Part shown: positions 36,405 to 40,027 of the stretch, piece by piece
Position numbering within the stretch: the stretch's first letter is position 1
How the letters are laid out: each line of letters opens with the position of its first letter
Assembly (NCBI GenBank): GCA_964511245.1
Contig: CAZEEB010000001.1
Coordinates: 1-40,027 of the forward strand
Length of the DNA: 40,027 nt
Source of the DNA: an uncultured Paludibacter sp.
Lineage (GTDB): Bacteria; Bacteroidota; Bacteroidia; Bacteroidales; Paludibacteraceae
Reading direction: 5' to 3'
Notes under the pieces: generated by a model
Database searches by the model: none
Told to the model about the DNA's origin: nothing
What the model saw: the letters and a program-made list of their open reading frames with translations, nothing else
Program-made: the position numbers and the translations under genes

Positions 36405-36818
36405 CTATAGTATACGAATTTTAAACCTAAATCTATTTTTTAGATTTTTATCAAAAAAAGCAAGAATTAAATAATAAGGAAAAAGACTAGCCAACGCTGA
36501 TAATGCTGAAATTAGTTCGTTAATATTGAATGTGTTACATACAATCAGAACAATTAAAACAATACTAAACGGTAAAATATAGCCCCAAAATATAGCTTGA
36601 AAAGCAATTGTCTGGTTTCCGTAAACCATTACCTGATCGCCAATTTGAAAATTATCGGTCACGTTTTCAATTTCTATAATTTTCTCTTTTTTATCGGAAG
36701 CAGAGCAAGCCGTTTTCGCGTGACACTCTTCACATGCGGTATGCTGAACAATTAAAACCTGAACACTTTGCTCAGTTATATCAGTTATAATTCCTGTATG
36801 TTCGATTAATTGAGACAT
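36405..36818 (-). CDS. rseC: RseC/MucC family protein (SoxR-reducing system)
   Basis: IEHTGII...ACEECHAKTAC, GDQV, GYILP plus two TMs; leads the rnf operon. Confidence 0.88.
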   Translation of the reverse strand: MSQLIEHTGIITDITEQSVQVLIVQHTACEECHAKTACSASDKKEKIIEIENVTDNFQIGDQVMVYGNQTIAFQAIFWGYILPFSIVLIVLIVCNTFNINELISALSALASLFPYYLILAFFDKNLKNRFRFKIRIL

Positions 36819-36845
36819 TTAGCTTACCTGAAGTCAAAAACCCCA

Positions 36846-36875
36846 CAAAAATAAGGATATTTTGGGAAATGCAAA
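36846..36875 (-). promoter_or_regulatory. Promoter of the rseC-rnf operon (-33 TTTG 36872-36875; -7 TATTTTTG 36846-36853)
   Basis: Both Bacteroidetes consensus elements present with an 18-nt spacer. Confidence 0.6.
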
Positions 36876-36952
36876 CTAATTTCACAAAAAATAGTGAAGG
36901 ATTGACCCGGCTGGATATTAGATACCTGCCAAAAAACGATAAATTTTAATCA

Positions 36953-39900
36953 CTAACGAATTACTATTTTATCAACCTTTTTTTCGTTTCCAGATATTGC
37001 TTCTACAATATAAATGCCTGTTTTTAAATTGGATGTTGAAAATGTATTCATACTATTTGCTCCAAATTGCACTTTATATACCATGCTTCCCGAAAGATTA
37101 AAAATCATCAATTTACCGTTATTTTCTGAATTATTTAATACCAAAATAGATTCTTGAAGCGATTGGATTTTGAGTAATGACTCACTGGTATTTAAAGCTG
37201 ATTTTTGTGTAATAATTTTAAATCGATTTAAGGCTGAAGGACTCGAAACGGCATAAAAACAATATTCGGAATTATTTTCTGTTACATCCACCGTTTTGTT
37301 TTCTAATAAATCAATCAAAAAAACATTTGAATATTTATTTGCCAGATTTTGATGCGTGAATACTAGTTTATATTCGTTTTCTTGTCCTGCATTGAATCCT
37401 AAATTTGTTTCATTCATATCCGAAACTGCGTCAATTTGATATTTACCATCCTCTTCAATTGCATAAATCTGGGGGGTAAGCACCGAACCACTTATTTTAA
37501 AGCCATCCCAGCCATTATCAAAGCCACGTTTACAATTTGAATCAGAAAAAATCCATACACAATCACTTGAATTATTACATTTTACTTCAATTTTCGTAAA
37601 TATCTTTTCAGATGAAACTGAAGAGTTAGTGCTGGGTGCTCTTAACAATTCTGCATTAGGGCAAACTGAGCTATAGGGTATTCTAATTGTACCCATTGTA
37701 TTTAATGACTTAACTAGAAAACCTTGCATAGAAGGAATTTGACTTGGTATTCCACCTGAACCTGCAGTTTTTTTTGTTGAAGCAATGTATTGTCCTGCAT
37801 TTGTACCGGCACTTGTATGTCCACCGTTATATAACCAATCATTATAATTTCCGGTATTAAACTGGTAAACTGATGCTTCAGTATCATTTCCAAACTCAAT
37901 TTTCGAAATATCTATTGCTGCTGTGTAAGGATTAGCATAAATATGTTGACCCGGAAAAACGCCATTGCTTGTATAACTCATTGGTGTTGAGAAATCGCTA
38001 TTTTCAAGTTGACCCGAAAAAATGTAGTTTGTTGGATTTGACTGAACTAATTCGTATCCGGTAAATGAAGTAAGCGTTGTTCCCGATGAAATTTGATTCC
38101 ATAAATCTATATCCGAAATACCCGTTTCATTCCATTTTCTTACAAAACAATTTGAGAACACATTGCTGTATGATATTGATTTAAGTGGTATTCCAAAGTA
38201 TTGCCATTGGTATTTGCGACCAACCGCATTATTCAAATTCCAATTAGCTTTTGAATACATTTCTACAGTAGCATTTACCGGCGATTGAGCTGAGTTATGA
38301 AAAATAAGTGAGCCATTTGCTTGATTTTGACTCGATTTTATATAAATTCCATTATTACCTGCATTGTTAATTACATTGCCTATTACATTTATTTTATATG
38401 ACGGATTTATATCCATTTTGGAGTCAGCATTAATTGTCAAATTGTTATTTACAGTTATATCTTTATTTATCAAAACACCATTAATATTTGCCATTAATAA
38501 ATTATTAAAGCTTGATTCAGTAAGTTTTGAGCCATCTATACTTTGAGTAGTAGTACCATTTAAACTTACTGTGCCGCCACTTGAACTGGTTGTGATATTT
38601 CCATCGCAGACAATGTTTCCACCTATTGAATGATTATTACTTCCAAGTTCAACGTTTGATGCTTGTTCTACAACAAAATTAGCATTTACATTTGTTGCGT
38701 TGAGATTAACACTGGCCGTGCCTGACACATTAAAATTTCCCTTCACTGAAAGCGTAGAAGCCGGCATTGTTTTAAACCCACTCCCACTCAACATGAGATG
38801 ATAATAATTAAACGACCCATCAGGTAAAATAATAGTTTGTGAAGCTCCTGAATAATCTACGGTATTATCAAAAACACTTGCATACCATTTTCCATTAGCA
38901 ATTTTTGTAATGGAATTTTCAATTTTAACAGTACTTCCAACTTGATTTGTAACATCCGCATTGGTTTCAATTTCAACATCATAAAAACGAGCATTGCCTG
39001 ATATGGTAGTTCCCGGATTACTGAAAATCACTTTACTGGTTCCTGGATCATTACCATTTGGATTTTGATCTTCCCAACCACCACTCAAGGTATTTTTAAT
39101 TGTCAGTGTGTTATTACCCATTATCAATATACCCCCATTTTCTATTGAAAGCGTATTCAATGTAACTCCAGAAGCTAAAATTGGGTCATTCAGAGTGCTT
39201 GCAGCATCCGGAATTATTACATGACTTACATCAGAAGGCACACCGACGGGCGTCCAATTTATTGAATTTCCCCAATCCGAACTAAATGAACCATTCCAAG
39301 TATAATAAGATGTAACAAATTCTCTGAGAGAAAAAATTGTTCGCCAATTATGCGAAGCCAATTTTATAAAATAATCAATCGGTATGTTTGATAATCCAAT
39401 AAAGTTATTTGTAAAATCGTATGATGATCGCCCATGCTCATCGGCTTGATAGCCACCACCAATATCATAATCCCAGGTTACTGTTTTGGCTTCGGAGTTT
39501 ACATTAAATGGTGATATGCTGCTTGTTAGTTCGCTATCGAGGTAATGAAAATTTGCTGCCAAATGAACAGTCGAAGTATATCCATTAGGAACTGTTGGTA
39601 CTATTTCGTACGTTCTTTTAGCTGAACCTTTCATAGCATTAAATCCTTGATTATCTGTCGTTCCGGGGGCTGTATTTCCTATAGTAATTGTAACTTGAAT
39701 TGCTGTAGGAAGTGTTCCGGGTGTTAATGTGAGATTTGTGAATTGACTACCAAAACTGTATGGGATGTTCGGCACAAAAGTTGACCTTTTTACATTGCCG
39801 GTTACATCGCCATTCCCCACAGTAGTAGCTGTGGCACCCATATTGAGTACATACGAATCTAAATAGTCCGTATTTGTTGTTCCAGGATACGAAGCATAAT

Positions 39901-39981
39901 TCTTGGTCATTTCAAGCAGACCCTTAGTGGCTGAAGGATTTGATGCAGCAAGATTTAAAACAGCATTTATTGTGAGGTCAC
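36953..39981 (-). CDS. Large T9SS C-terminal-domain surface/secreted protein, 5'-truncated
   Basis: Asn/Ser/Thr-rich beta-solenoid-like repeats, WNGSFSSDWGNSINWTPVGVP motif, ANPYTAAI, IPSMQGFLV, FDNGWDGFK, C-terminal IFNLSG...LKTGIYIV...KIVIR. The apparent N-terminus is adapter-derived. Confidence 0.85.
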
Positions 39982-40027
39982 AGATCGGAAGAGCACACGT
40001 CTGAACTCCAGTCACCTGAAGCTATCT
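39982..40027 (+). other. Illumina TruSeq adapter read-through with i7 index (technical artefact)
   Basis: AGATCGGAAGAGCACACGTCTGAACTCCAGTCAC (39982-40015) + 8-nt index CTGAAGCT (40016-40023) + ATCT (start of the P7 arm). Confidence 0.99.

Noticed and set aside
31232-36818. rnf operon as a novel system
   Set aside because: The order rseC-rnfBCDGEA is the standard Bacteroidales arrangement and cofactor motifs look intact.
1334-38546. The many short alternative-frame and antisense ORFs in the track (e.g. 1334-1771, 10577-10945, 19887-20312, 34296-34652)
   Set aside because: They lie largely or entirely within well-supported genes and have no recognisable motifs.
1-40027. CRISPR array, prophage, retron/DGR, invertible promoter or recoding signals
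   Set aside because: No spaced repeat arrays, phage, RT or recombinase genes, and no interrupted ORFs needing readthrough were seen by eye; subtle signals could be missed without computation.

Overview
AT-rich Bacteroidota (Bacteroidales, Paludibacter-like by gene content; inferred) chromosomal contig of mostly metabolic genes, with repeated Bacteroidetes-type TAnnTTTG -7 promoter elements. Left to right: a 3'-truncated FAD-dependent oxidoreductase (missed by the ORF track) and radA; a stand-alone IS1595-type Zn-ribbon/HTH protein with no DDE domain, divergent from a rhodanese plus CoA-disulfide/persulfide reductase carrying three rhodanese domains; a MarR-EmrA-EmrB-TolC efflux operon; an alpha-glucan (starch/maltodextrin) PUL (T9SS-secreted GH13, SusD, SusC | LacI, MFS, N-terminal-only GH65, SusA-like GH13, DUF4153-like membrane protein, GH13 lipoprotein, DMP19-like protein) with two LacI-type operators at identical spacing from their promoters; a NigD-like lipoprotein; a ComEA-like HhH protein; tRNA-Gly(CCC); a complete rseC-rnfBCDGEA operon; and a 5'-truncated large T9SS cargo protein. 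The last 46 nt are an Illumina TruSeq adapter plus index, not genome. I saw no CRISPR array, prophage, intact IS or defence system. The best candidates for new biology are the transposase-derived Zn-ribbon protein with its multi-rhodanese reductase neighbour, the activator-like LacI operator geometry, and the catalytically truncated GH65. Family assignments are by motif recognition only; no database searches were run.
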